The translations under genes and the position numbers were made by a program. From Nannocystales bacterium (GTDB lineage Bacteria; Myxococcota_A; Polyangia; Nannocystales; Nannocystaceae): a stretch of DNA of 64,000 nt. The stretch is from assembly GCA_050633305.1 (NCBI GenBank), contig JBOEGF010000018.1:288001-352000 (forward strand). Reading direction: 5' to 3'. The notes beneath the pieces were generated by a model, which did not search any database, was not told the DNA's origin, and saw only the letters and a list, made by a program, of their open reading frames with translations. Of the stretch, positions 11,891 through 21,151 are shown in pieces; the stretch's first letter is position 1; each line of letters opens with the position of its first letter.

Positions 11891-12982
11891 ATGTCCGCAT
11901 TCGTTCACAACGTCGCGCTGTTCTCTCTTGCCGCAGGATCGTTGGCGCTCGCGTGCGACAGCTCAGACGGAGGACCGCAGGATGCGAGCACGCTCCCCAC
12001 CGGAGCCGAGATCATGCGTGACACGGTCCAGACCACGATCGTGCCGGACATCACCGCGTTCGACACCGCGGCCCAAGACATGCGGACGGACGTCGATGCA
12101 TTTTGCTCCGCCCCCAGCTCCGATTCGCTGGCCGAGCTTCAAGCGCGTTGGCGGTCGCTTTCCGAGGCATGGAACGCTGTCGCGCCGTACAACTTCGGGC
12201 CGCTTGATGACGATGTCATCACGCCAAAGATCATCTTCATCGAGTCGATGCGCCAACGAGGCACCGACTACACCCAGACGGTGCGCGACGGGATCCTGCG
12301 CGGCATCGAGGGGACGGACGCGCTGGATGTCGACTATTTCGGCCGGCAGACCTTCGATGAGGTTGGCATGCTCGCCCTTGAGGTCCTCGTGTTCGAGGAC
12401 AGCCGCGAGGGGAACTCGGCCGACCCTGCCGATGTCCTCGCCGACTTCGAGGCGAGCCCACGCAAGTGCGATGCGTTGAAGGGGCTGAGCGAGCTTCTGG
12501 CCGGCTGCGCCGCAACTGTACGCAGCGGCTGGACCGAGTCTTTTGCGGATGGTGGTGAGCCATTCGCGGAGACGATGGCTGGGCCCGAGCTTGCGGATGG
12601 CACCGAGCCTGTGGCGGCGCTGTTGATCGTTCTGCAGGAACACCTCGACTACATCAAGGTGCGGAAGCTCGAGGGCATCCTCGACGCAGAACTCTCCGGG
12701 CACTTCTATCCCAACGTCCTCGCGACCCTGGAGGCGATGGAGGAACTCTTGGCGCAACCCTCCGACGAGAGCTTCGGGCTGCTGGAGAGGATGGAGGCCA
12801 CGGGCAACGCGGACGAGGTCGCGACGGTGTTGGCCAACTTCGAGGCCGCTCGGCAAGCTGCGACCGACATGGACCGAGAAGCCCTGACCGCTGCGGTCGG
12901 CTTGCTCGACGGGAACCTCAAACGCGAGATCCCCGACGCCCTTGGTGTGGAGCTGGGCCTGACGTTTACGGACGGAGACTGA
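11891..12982 (+). CDS. Imelysin-like lipoprotein (second, shorter type)
   Basis: Lipobox ALAC, helical pattern FC..PS...L..LQ.RW..L..AW...FGP, GMLALEVLVF, C-terminal LGVELGLTFTDGD. Confidence 0.82.
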   Translation: MSAFVHNVALFSLAAGSLALACDSSDGGPQDASTLPTGAEIMRDTVQTTIVPDITAFDTAAQDMRTDVDAFCSAPSSDSLAELQARWRSLSEAWNAVAPYNFGPLDDDVITPKIIFIESMRQRGTDYTQTVRDGILRGIEGTDALDVDYFGRQTFDEVGMLALEVLVFEDSREGNSADPADVLADFEASPRKCDALKGLSELLAGCAATVRSGWTESFADGGEPFAETMAGPELADGTEPVAALLIVLQEHLDYIKVRKLEGILDAELSGHFYPNVLATLEAMEELLAQPSDESFGLLERMEATGNADEVATVLANFEAARQAATDMDREALTAAVGLLDGNLKREIPDALGVELGLTFTDGD

Positions 12983-12983
12983 C

Positions 12984-14243
12984 ATGAACGGACGCACCAC
13001 CGCCTTCCCACCCGGTTGCACACGGCGACTCGCCGCATTGACGGCGGTACTCAGCGTCGCGCTCGGCGCTTGCGCGCCCCAAGACGACGACGAGCCTCTG
13101 CCGCCAAGCGTCTACGCCGACGTCGAGGAGTTTGGAGAGGCGCTGTTCTTCGATGAGAACCTGTCGATGCAGCGGACTCAATCGTGCGCGACGTGTCACG
13201 ATCCACAGCGGGCGTTCACCGACGGTCGGTTGGACGCGCAAGGGAACGTGCGAGCCGTTTCGCTTGGCGACGACGGGGTCTCGCTGGGCGATCGCAACGC
13301 ACCCAGTGCTGCATATGCCTTCTTGTCGCCCGAGTTCCACGTCGGAGTCCGCGAGCGCCACAACAAGCAGAACAACCATCGGTTGTACATGGGCCCCCTG
13401 GGGGGGCAGTTCTGGGACGGACGGGTTCCTGGCCTCGAGAGCCAGGCCGGAGGTCCTCCCCTCAACCCCCTGGAGATGGGCATGCCCGACCCCGCCTCGG
13501 TCGCACAACGGCTGGACGAGGACACGGAGCACCGACGGGCCCTGTTCGAGTTCTTTGGCCAAGAGGCTCTCGATGACGACGACGTGGCGTACGCCGCAAT
13601 GACGGAGGCGGTCGCCGCGTACGAACGCACCGAAGTGTTCGCTCCGTTCGACTCCCGCTACGACCGCTCCCTCCGGGGTGAGGTGGCGCTGACGTTCAAG
13701 GAGCTGACAGGCAAGGCCATCTTCTTCTCGCAGTTCGGAAACTGCGCTGTTTGTCACCAGCTCTACAGCGAAGGGGACCCGATCAACGAGACCCGCGAGA
13801 CGTTCACGGGGTACGAGTTCCACAACATCGGCGTGCCCGCGAACGAAGCTGTGCGGCTGCAAAACGGTGTGACCGCACCCGACGAGGGGTTGCTGGGCAA
13901 CGACGACATCGATGACCCGATGGCGCGAGGGGCCTTCAAGACGCCCACGCTCCGCAACGTCGCCGTCACGGGCCCCTACATGCACAACGGTGTGTTCGGC
14001 GAGTTACGGACCGTCGTAGAGTTCTACGACCACTTCACGAATGCCGACGAGCGACCGGTCAACCCAGAGACCGGCGAGGCCTGGCGCGCACCCGAAGTGC
14101 CTGACACCGTCCGCACCGAACTCCTTCAGGTGGGCGATCCGATGACCGACACCGACGTCGAAGGGCTAGTCTGTTTCCTACGTGCGCTGACTGACCAGCG
14201 CTACGAGGCCCTCATCCCCAGCGACGGCATCGACTGTGGGTGA
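12984..14243 (+). CDS. MauG-like di-haem cytochrome c peroxidase-family lipoprotein
   Basis: CATCH and CAVCH, RNAP, GQFWDGR, QAGGPPLNPLEMG, FKTPTLRNVAVTGPYMHNG..LRTVVEFY, NPETG..W..PEV. Confidence 0.9.
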   Translation: MNGRTTAFPPGCTRRLAALTAVLSVALGACAPQDDDEPLPPSVYADVEEFGEALFFDENLSMQRTQSCATCHDPQRAFTDGRLDAQGNVRAVSLGDDGVSLGDRNAPSAAYAFLSPEFHVGVRERHNKQNNHRLYMGPLGGQFWDGRVPGLESQAGGPPLNPLEMGMPDPASVAQRLDEDTEHRRALFEFFGQEALDDDDVAYAAMTEAVAAYERTEVFAPFDSRYDRSLRGEVALTFKELTGKAIFFSQFGNCAVCHQLYSEGDPINETRETFTGYEFHNIGVPANEAVRLQNGVTAPDEGLLGNDDIDDPMARGAFKTPTLRNVAVTGPYMHNGVFGELRTVVEFYDHFTNADERPVNPETGEAWRAPEVPDTVRTELLQVGDPMTDTDVEGLVCFLRALTDQRYEALIPSDGIDCG

Positions 14244-14251
14244 GCACCCGC

Positions 14252-16711
14252 TCAACCGAATCGGTGCTTGAAGCCGCCGACCAGTGTGAAACGCTGCCCG
14301 GGTCGTAGTCCAAACGGGCGGCGGGAGACGGCGTAGCTGGCTCGCGTGGCGTTCCCGAGGTTGAGGTAGATCTGCGCGCGTCGAGTGATGTTGACGCTGC
14401 CCCCGAGGTCGAGTGTCAGAAAACGATCGATACGCTCTTGGGAGGGGATAGGACCCTTGCCCGGGACGTCTCTCATTTGCCCGTTGTAGTGGAGCTGTGC
14501 GTGGGCATTCCAGCGTCGCATCCCGCCGACGAGCTGCAGTGAGGCGACATGCTCGGGAATGTAGGGGACCTTGTCGCCGCGCTCGACATCTCCGAGGAAC
14601 GGGCTCGACGAAGAGAATGTGTTGGAGAAGCGCGTCCACGTGAAGGTGTACGTGGCGTTGGCGTTGATCCAGCCGGCGCCCCCCAATTCGGTCTCGTACC
14701 CCGCGAGGGACTCGGCGCCCGCGACGAGGACCTCTCCGCCGCTGAACTGCGAGCCAACATCGGTGGCGTCGCAGCCCTGCGAGAAGGTGCAGTTGCTGAC
14801 GAGGTTGGAGTAGTCGTTGACGAAGGCGATGCCCTCGGTGTGAAAGCCGGAGTGCGCGGCACGAAGACCAGCTTCGTAGCTGACGCTGCGCTCGGGTTGC
14901 ACAGAGGCTCCGCGACCCGGCGCTTTGGGGGCGAACCCGGAGTGCACGCCGCCGAGGACGCCGAGCCATGGCGTTGCCTGGACGTGAAAACCGATGCCGG
15001 GGAGGAAGACCGTGTCGACGGAGGAACTCGTCGTGACTTCGGCATCCGGATCGATGGGAAAGGTGCCATCGCCGAGGTTGGTCTCTTCGAACTCGGTTCG
15101 AATCACCTCGACCCGGGCGCCCGGGCTGACCGTGAACCGGTCGACGATCCGAATCTCGTCTGCGACGTGAAACGAGCCGGCCAAGGCCTCGCCTCGGTTC
15201 TTGACGATGGCCTGCTGCGTTCCCGCCACGAGGGCAGGCGTGCCGCTGAGCATGGCGTACTGGTCCTCATCCTCGTTGCGAGAGACGCGGTCGAAGTGCA
15301 GACGCGCGCCAACTTCGATCACCTGGTCGACGTACCGGGTGTTCGGGGAGATTCGCACCGCGTTTTGCCAGCCCTGCGAAACGAAGTCGCGCTGGTTGGT
15401 GCCGATGAGCAGGTTCTCCTCTTCTCCCGTCGAGTCGGCCTCGCCTCGCAGGACCGCCAGGAGGATCCCGTTGGTGCCCGAGGTCGGGTCCTCGAAGAAG
15501 GTGTAGGGATCCGGTGCGGCCGCGCCAGCGAAGTTGTTGAACTTCGTCCAAGCTCGGGAGAAATCGTGTCGATACAGGGTGCTCTGGTACTCGACGATGC
15601 CCGTCGCCATGAAGTAGGTGGCTTGCATCTGGGTGCGCCACCAGTTCATGCGGTCGAGCGCGGTCGCTCGGTAGCGACGGTAGGGATTCTCGTCGAAGTC
15701 CTCCTGCGTCAGCCCCAGATAGGTCTCGTTGGAGACCTCGGTCGAGAGCCCGAACTTCACATCGAACTGGTGGTAGACGCGGGCGCCAGGGTCTCCGTGC
15801 AGCCGGGTCTTGAGCATGAACTCGTTCTTGCGGAAGCCCGTATCGCCGCCTCCGTCCAGTTCCTTGAATCCGCTGGCGCGGACCCGTGCGCCCTCGAACA
15901 GGATGCCGAAGCGCTTCCAACTCTTGCCCGCAAACCCGTGCAACTTGCCGTAGCCCCACGTACCGGCGGCGATGTCGATGCCGGTCTCGAGCTCCCGCGG
16001 GATGTCCCGGGTCTGCAGGTTGATGGCGCCGCCGATCGTGTTCGGGCCGAAGCGCACGGCCGCAGGCCCTTTGAAGACCTCGACGCCGACCAGCCGGGTG
16101 GGCATCGGGAAGTAGTACGCCGCGGGCGCGGAGTAGGGGGCGGGCCCGAACAGGACGCCGTCTTCCATGAGCGTGACCTTGGCGCTTCGGTTGGGGTCCC
16201 CCCCGCGTAAGCCAATGTTCGGGCGTAGCCCGTAGCCATCCTCACCACGAACGTAGACACCGGGGACCGTCCGCAGGATGCGGTGGATGTCGTCGTGTTC
16301 TTCTCGCTCGAGGGTTTCTTCGTCGACCGAGTGGGCCGAACCGACGATGCGCGGTTGCTCTGCTGGCTCGCCGATGATGGAGATCGTCGGCGTGGCGGCA
16401 TCGAATCCGTCGTCCACTGGAGGCTCGGGGAGTTCCGGGGCGGCGGGTGGGGATGCGCTGGCGGACGTGTCTTGGGCGTCGGCGGTGTCGGTAGTACCGG
16501 GATCGGTGGTGTCGGGGTCCGAAGTGCTGGGCTCGTCCGCATCGGGGTCGAAGTCGGAGAGGTCAACGTCGACCTCGTCATCCTCGGCCGGCGCGGCTTG
16601 GGTGGTCGACGAGAACGCACCAACCGCAAGGATCGCGAGCACGCCGAGCCCGCGAGAGCGCAGGCCGCGGGCATCACGAAGAGTGTCGGGAACGAGCATC
16701 GCCAGCAGCAT
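14252..16711 (-). CDS. TonB-dependent receptor (FecA-like iron receptor)
   Basis: Plug motif VPGVYVRGEDGYGLRPNIGLRG, LMEDGV..PAPYSAPAAYYFP, VEVFKG, beta-barrel with a C-terminal Phe. Confidence 0.92.
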   Translation of the reverse strand: MLLAMLVPDTLRDARGLRSRGLGVLAILAVGAFSSTTQAAPAEDDEVDVDLSDFDPDADEPSTSDPDTTDPGTTDTADAQDTSASASPPAAPELPEPPVDDGFDAATPTISIIGEPAEQPRIVGSAHSVDEETLEREEHDDIHRILRTVPGVYVRGEDGYGLRPNIGLRGGDPNRSAKVTLMEDGVLFGPAPYSAPAAYYFPMPTRLVGVEVFKGPAAVRFGPNTIGGAINLQTRDIPRELETGIDIAAGTWGYGKLHGFAGKSWKRFGILFEGARVRASGFKELDGGGDTGFRKNEFMLKTRLHGDPGARVYHQFDVKFGLSTEVSNETYLGLTQEDFDENPYRRYRATALDRMNWWRTQMQATYFMATGIVEYQSTLYRHDFSRAWTKFNNFAGAAAPDPYTFFEDPTSGTNGILLAVLRGEADSTGEEENLLIGTNQRDFVSQGWQNAVRISPNTRYVDQVIEVGARLHFDRVSRNEDEDQYAMLSGTPALVAGTQQAIVKNRGEALAGSFHVADEIRIVDRFTVSPGARVEVIRTEFEETNLGDGTFPIDPDAEVTTSSSVDTVFLPGIGFHVQATPWLGVLGGVHSGFAPKAPGRGASVQPERSVSYEAGLRAAHSGFHTEGIAFVNDYSNLVSNCTFSQGCDATDVGSQFSGGEVLVAGAESLAGYETELGGAGWINANATYTFTWTRFSNTFSSSSPFLGDVERGDKVPYIPEHVASLQLVGGMRRWNAHAQLHYNGQMRDVPGKGPIPSQERIDRFLTLDLGGSVNITRRAQIYLNLGNATRASYAVSRRPFGLRPGQRFTLVGGFKHRFG

Positions 16712-16721
16712 GAAGACGCGA

Positions 16722-16786
16722 CGGTGTTATCAGCGTTCCGGCCCCAGACCGAGCGAAAACCGGTGTTTTCACGACGATCTGGGGCC
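16722..16786 (-). promoter_or_regulatory. Leader element: long imperfect hairpin plus 11-bp direct repeat upstream of the receptor
   Basis: GGCCCCAGA (16740-48) pairs with TCTGGGGCC (16778-86) and encloses GAAAAC-CGGT-GTTTTC. CGGTGTTWTCA occurs at 16722 and 16761. Confidence 0.5.
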
Positions 16787-16887
16787 CGATATCATGCGAT
16801 CTCGCACGGGGTCCTCAGGGGACTTGGGTCGGACCGCGCACCCCGCCGGGATCGGTGCCAGCGGGCGCGGAAGGCCCGGCGCACCGG

Positions 16888-18180
16888 CTACTTGAAGGGG
16901 TCCGAGAATCGAGGGTCTTGCATGATCACCTCGTCCGTCAGGGTCTCGAGGAACGCGACGATCGCCTGTTTCTCGGGGTCGTCCAGGCCGAGGTTCTGCG
17001 GCTGTCCCCCGGGCATCAGTCGCGGGTCGGTGTCGGGACCGCCTTGCACGCCGTTGTCGTAGTGCTCGACGACTTGCAGGAGGTTCTGAAACCGACCGTC
17101 GTGCATATACGGACCGCTCTGGGCGATGTTGCGGAGCGAGTGGGACTTGAATCGTCCGCCGCCCGCACCCTCGTCTTCGGGGTTCATGTCGAGACCGTTG
17201 TTGATCGCGATAAGGGGCTGGAAGATCGCGAGGTTTCGGGGCTGGCCCGGTTGGGGGACGCCAGGGGCGGCGGCCACGTGACAGATGGCGCAGTTGCCCT
17301 GGGGCCCAAAGAAGAGCTGTTTGCCGAGGTTTTGCTGCTCGGTGAAGTTGGGGAACGGCACGTTGGGATCTCCGGTCGCTTCGATCCCCTCGTCATACAG
17401 GGACTGCGTGCTGACCATGGCGCGGACGAACTGCGCCAAGGCGAATGAGATACGCTCGGTGGTGACCTCGGCGTCTCCGAACGCCTGTTCGAACAAGGGT
17501 CCGTAGTAGGCCTGGCCCTCGACCGCGGCGACCAGGCCTTCGAGTGTCATCCCCATCTCCACGGCGTCCTGAATCGGGAGCAGAACCTGGTCCTCGAGCG
17601 TGTCTGCGCGTTCGTCCCAGAAGAAGCGGCCGTTGTCGTAGTAGGCCGAGTTCACGATCCCCATCGAGTTGCGGCCTGTGTCACCACCTTCGAACCCGAC
17701 ACTGAATTGGCGATTGTCGGAGAAACCTTCGTCTTGTTTGTGGCAGGACGCGCAAGCGATGGTGTCGTTGGCGGAGAGGGCCGTGTCGTAGAAGAGGACT
17801 CGGCCCAAAGTGGCTCCACTGTCGGTGACAGGGTTGTCGGCGGGTGTGTTGTCGAGGTCCTCGACGGGTCCGGATTGGAAGTGCTCGGGCAGGTCTGGGT
17901 CCGCGTAGTTGTCCGGCGGCCATGGGAGGTCCAGGACGTCGGTGACGTCACCGGGGTAGCCGGCGGGCTCTCCCGTGCTGGAATCGCCGGCGCTGTCGTC
18001 GGTGTCACCGGTGCTTCCGGTGCCCGCGTCCGCGGTGTCGCTGCTGCTCTGCTCGCCGGAGGCGTCCGCGGAGGTGTCGTCGGCATCGGTCTCCGCCTCG
18101 TCGCTCGTGGGCGGCACCTCGCTGAAGCAGGCGAGCGAGGGCACTAAGAGCAGAAGCATGCTGAGCGTCGTCCGGACCAT
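16888..18180 (-). CDS. Di-haem cytochrome c peroxidase / MauG-superfamily lipoprotein
   Basis: Lipobox SLAC, LGRVLFYD..LS, CASCH, FFWDERA, CAICH, FKSHSLRN, PYMHDGRF. The 5' extension in the ORF track (to 18942) overlaps the divergent kinase and is spurious. Confidence 0.9.
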   Translation of the reverse strand: MVRTTLSMLLLLVPSLACFSEVPPTSDEAETDADDTSADASGEQSSSDTADAGTGSTGDTDDSAGDSSTGEPAGYPGDVTDVLDLPWPPDNYADPDLPEHFQSGPVEDLDNTPADNPVTDSGATLGRVLFYDTALSANDTIACASCHKQDEGFSDNRQFSVGFEGGDTGRNSMGIVNSAYYDNGRFFWDERADTLEDQVLLPIQDAVEMGMTLEGLVAAVEGQAYYGPLFEQAFGDAEVTTERISFALAQFVRAMVSTQSLYDEGIEATGDPNVPFPNFTEQQNLGKQLFFGPQGNCAICHVAAAPGVPQPGQPRNLAIFQPLIAINNGLDMNPEDEGAGGGRFKSHSLRNIAQSGPYMHDGRFQNLLQVVEHYDNGVQGGPDTDPRLMPGGQPQNLGLDDPEKQAIVAFLETLTDEVIMQDPRFSDPFK

Positions 18181-18192
18181 GACTCGATGTCG

Positions 18193-18208
18193 TGCATGAC
18201 GCATGCCA
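18193..18208 (-). promoter_or_regulatory. Sigma-54 (-24/-12) promoter for the peroxidase-family gene
   Basis: Minus strand reads TGGCATGCGTCATGCA, with exact GG-N10-GC spacing. Confidence 0.72.
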
Positions 18209-18258
18209 CCGGTGAGCGGGCGAGCGGAGCCGATGGCCTTGAACGGCCCGCGGTGGTC

Positions 18259-18295
18259 CTGCGGAAGCCGCAGCGGAGCTCTGCAGGACCTGCAG
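18259..18295. promoter_or_regulatory. Tandem palindromic enhancer-binding-protein sites
   Basis: CTGCGG-AAG-CCGCAG (18259-73) and CTGCAG-GAC-CTGCAG (18281-95), 22 bp apart (two helical turns), midway between two sigma-54 promoters. Confidence 0.7.
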
Positions 18296-18336
18296 CAATG
18301 ACGTGGCGACTTCACGGAACGACACAGGGACCGCCC

Positions 18337-18352
18337 TGGCACAGCCGGTGCA
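18337..18352 (+). promoter_or_regulatory. Sigma-54 (-24/-12) promoter for the two-component operon
   Basis: TGGCACAGCCGGTGCA, with exact GG-N10-GC spacing. Confidence 0.75.
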
Positions 18353-18377
18353 AACCTGCTCGGACATGGGGCGGAGT

Positions 18378-19751
18378 ATGATGACGGGCGTGGGTGACCC
18401 GTCAGCCCGGCAGACCCCGAAGGGTACCCAGCGCATGCGGTGGGTGTTTGTCGGGATTTGTGCGGCGCTGAGCATGGTGCTCGCGGGCTCCGTGTTCTCG
18501 AACTTTCTGGGGGCGCGGCAGCTCGCCGACACCGTCGTGCGTGGGCAGTCCGCGATGCTGTTCCACCTGCTGCACCGGTACGCGCCGCCCGGCCCTCCAC
18601 CGCCCGATGATGCCTCGCTTCGCCGAGCTTTCGACGCAGGACAGGAACTCGGGCTGACCTATGCTGCGCTCGCCAGTCGACGGGGGCCCGTGGTCGAGAT
18701 TGGCGAGCCCACCCGGGCGCTGGTGCTCGGGGATGCTCCGGTGGGTGGGGAGTTTGAGCGGATCGATGGCGTCGTGCGGGCGTGGTCGCGACAACCTCCA
18801 GTTCCTCTTGCCTTCCCCGAAGGCAAGAGGCCTCCGCCGCCACACGAGCGACCCGGACCCGGCGGGGCTCGCCCACTCCATCCGCCGCCACAGGAGCTGG
18901 GCTCCGGACCCCCACCACCGCGGGAGGGAGGACGACGACCACCGGGGATTCACGAGCCCCGCTTTGTGATCGAGTTCGTTCCGACGCAAGCGCAGGCGAT
19001 GGCAGACCGCGCCCGGATCGACCTCATCGTGGGACTCGGGTCACTCGTCGTGTTGTGGGTTGGCGCGCTTGCGTTTTGGAAGCTGTCGCAGCGGGCGTCC
19101 GAGGCCGAGTCCGAGCTCACCCGGAAACAGCACCTCGCGGCGCTTGGGGAGATGTCGGCGGTGATCGCCCACGAGCTCCGAAACCCGCTTGCGTCGTTGA
19201 AGGGACATGCCCAGCTTCTGCACGAGCAAGCCGATGAGGCGAAGCTCCAGCGCAAGGCGAAGCGAGTTGTCGATGAGGCGGTTCGGTTGCAGGCGCTCAC
19301 CAACGGGCTGCTCGATTTTGTCCGCTCGGGGCGGGTGCAACCAGAGACGACGGTGGTCGGGGAGCTGGTGCGGGAAGCGGTCGCAGGCACGCTCGCCACC
19401 GTCGAGACCGAACTCGAGGCGGCCCCGAAAACTTGGAGCTTCGACCGGGCCCGAATGCGGCAGGTCCTCGTGAATCTGCTCGACAACGCACACCACGCTG
19501 CACCGGAGACGGCTGTGGAGCTGTCCGTGCGGGTCGATGCCGGTCAGCTGGTGATCGGAGTTCACGACTGGGGGACGGGCGTGCCGGAAGAAAAGCGCGC
19601 CCAGATCTTCGAGCCGTTTCATACCGGCCGGACCCAGGGGACCGGCTTGGGGCTGGCGGTCTGCCAACGCATTGTTCACGAGCACGGCGGTACGATTCTC
19701 TGTGGTGAGCACCCCGACGGGGGGGCTCTGTTCACCGTTACACTTCCGTAG
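18378..19751 (+). CDS. Sensor histidine kinase with two TM helices and a Pro-rich periplasmic loop
   Basis: H-box IAHELRNPL, N-box NLLDNA, DWGTG, IFEPF, GTGLGL. Exact start uncertain (18366-18435). Confidence 0.93.
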   Translation: MMTGVGDPSARQTPKGTQRMRWVFVGICAALSMVLAGSVFSNFLGARQLADTVVRGQSAMLFHLLHRYAPPGPPPPDDASLRRAFDAGQELGLTYAALASRRGPVVEIGEPTRALVLGDAPVGGEFERIDGVVRAWSRQPPVPLAFPEGKRPPPPHERPGPGGARPLHPPPQELGSGPPPPREGGRRPPGIHEPRFVIEFVPTQAQAMADRARIDLIVGLGSLVVLWVGALAFWKLSQRASEAESELTRKQHLAALGEMSAVIAHELRNPLASLKGHAQLLHEQADEAKLQRKAKRVVDEAVRLQALTNGLLDFVRSGRVQPETTVVGELVREAVAGTLATVETELEAAPKTWSFDRARMRQVLVNLLDNAHHAAPETAVELSVRVDAGQLVIGVHDWGTGVPEEKRAQIFEPFHTGRTQGTGLGLAVCQRIVHEHGGTILCGEHPDGGALFTVTLP

Positions 19752-19778
19752 AAGCACCGACACCTGCAGGACCAACCG

Positions 19779-21107
19779 ATGGCATCGATACTCGTTGTGG
19801 AAGATGAGGAGGGCGTTCGAGAATTTCTCGTCGAGTGCCTCCAGGATGACGATCACGACGTGCACAGCGCGGTAGACGGGCAGGACGGGCTGGATACGCT
19901 CCGCCGTCGAGGCTTCGATGTGGTGCTGACCGACCTGAAGATGCCGCGCGTCGACGGCATGGAGCTGCTGCGAACCGTCCGAGCCGAACAGCCCGAGGTG
20001 GAAGTGGTCATGTTGACTGCCCACGGTGGGGTCGAGTCCGCGATCGAGGCGACGAAGCTCGGGGTGATGGAGTATCTGGAGAAGCCCGTGGATTCTCCGG
20101 CAGCCCTGCGGTTGGTGGTCCGCCGAGCGGCCGAGCGACGACAGCTACGGACTCGGGCTGAAGCAAGCCGAGGCGATGAGCCGCCGCCGCTGTCTTTCGG
20201 GGCCGCAGCGATGGCCCCGGTGATGCACGCGCTGGACAAGGTCGCCCCCACCGAGGCGACCGTGCTGTTGCTCGGGGAGAGCGGCACGGGCAAGGAGGTC
20301 GCCGCACGTCGGATTCACGGCAGCAGTCGCCGCTGCGACGGCCCGTTCTCCGCGGTCAACTGCGCGGCCTTGTCCGAGTCGCTGCTGGAATCGGAGCTGT
20401 TCGGTCACGAAAAAGGCGCGTTCACGGGGGCGGCCGCACGGCGCCGCGGTCGGCTCGAGCTTGCCGCCGGGGGGACGTTCTTTCTCGATGAGGTCGGGGA
20501 GCTGGCCCCCGCGATGCAAGCGAAGCTGCTGCGGGTTCTCCAGGAGCGAACATACGAACGTGTCGGCGGCATTCAGAGTCTGGCGGCAGACGTTCGCTGG
20601 GTCGCAGCCACCAATCGCGACCTCGACAAGATGGTCCGCGAAGGTTCGTTCCGTGAGGACCTCTTCCACCGACTCAGCGTGTTTCCGGTGAAGCTTCCTC
20701 CGCTACGCGAGCGGCTCGAGGACATCGTCCCGTTGGCGGAGTCGCTGTTGCTTCGCGCGACGCAGGGGCTGCGGCGCGCGCCGATGGTGTTGCAGCCGTC
20801 TGCGTACTCCGGCCTCAAGGCTCACCATTGGCCGGGCAACGTTCGGGAACTCGCAAACACGCTCGAGCGTGCGGCGATCTTGGCCGACGGGGATACGCTC
20901 GGCGCGGAGCTGCTTTCCCTCGCGATGGACGGGCGTGCATCCAGCCCGGAGATCCGCAGCGTCCCGCGGACGTTGGCTGAGATCGAAGCCGAGGCGATTC
21001 GCACCGCCCTGGCACGCTACGATGGGAACCGGCGACAGGCAGCCGAGGAACTCGCGATCGGAGAGCGTACGCTCTACGACAAGATCAAGCGGCTTGGGCT
21101 CCGCTAG
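19779..21107 (+). CDS. Sigma-54-dependent response regulator (NtrC family)
   Basis: Receiver domain (VEDE, TDLKMP), [35 protein letters not shown], Fis-type HTH. Confidence 0.96.
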   Translation: MASILVVEDEEGVREFLVECLQDDDHDVHSAVDGQDGLDTLRRRGFDVVLTDLKMPRVDGMELLRTVRAEQPEVEVVMLTAHGGVESAIEATKLGVMEYLEKPVDSPAALRLVVRRAAERRQLRTRAEASRGDEPPPLSFGAAAMAPVMHALDKVAPTEATVLLLGESGTGKEVAARRIHGSSRRCDGPFSAVNCAALSESLLESELFGHEKGAFTGAAARRRGRLELAAGGTFFLDEVGELAPAMQAKLLRVLQERTYERVGGIQSLAADVRWVAATNRDLDKMVREGSFREDLFHRLSVFPVKLPPLRERLEDIVPLAESLLLRATQGLRRAPMVLQPSAYSGLKAHHWPGNVRELANTLERAAILADGDTLGAELLSLAMDGRASSPEIRSVPRTLAEIEAEAIRTALARYDGNRRQAAEELAIGERTLYDKIKRLGLR

Positions 21108-21151
21108 GTCGCTCGTCCCGCGGCGCGATGGATCCCCGCTATGCTACGGCG

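Noticed and set aside
16712..16887. Cobalamin or other known riboswitch upstream of the TonB receptor
   Set aside because: No B12-box or other conserved riboswitch motifs recognised. Only the hairpin and repeat reported above.
18181..18942. Long N-terminal extension of the peroxidase ORF (684 aa in the track)
   Set aside because: Overlaps the divergent promoters and the kinase gene. The signal peptide begins at 18180 or 18159.
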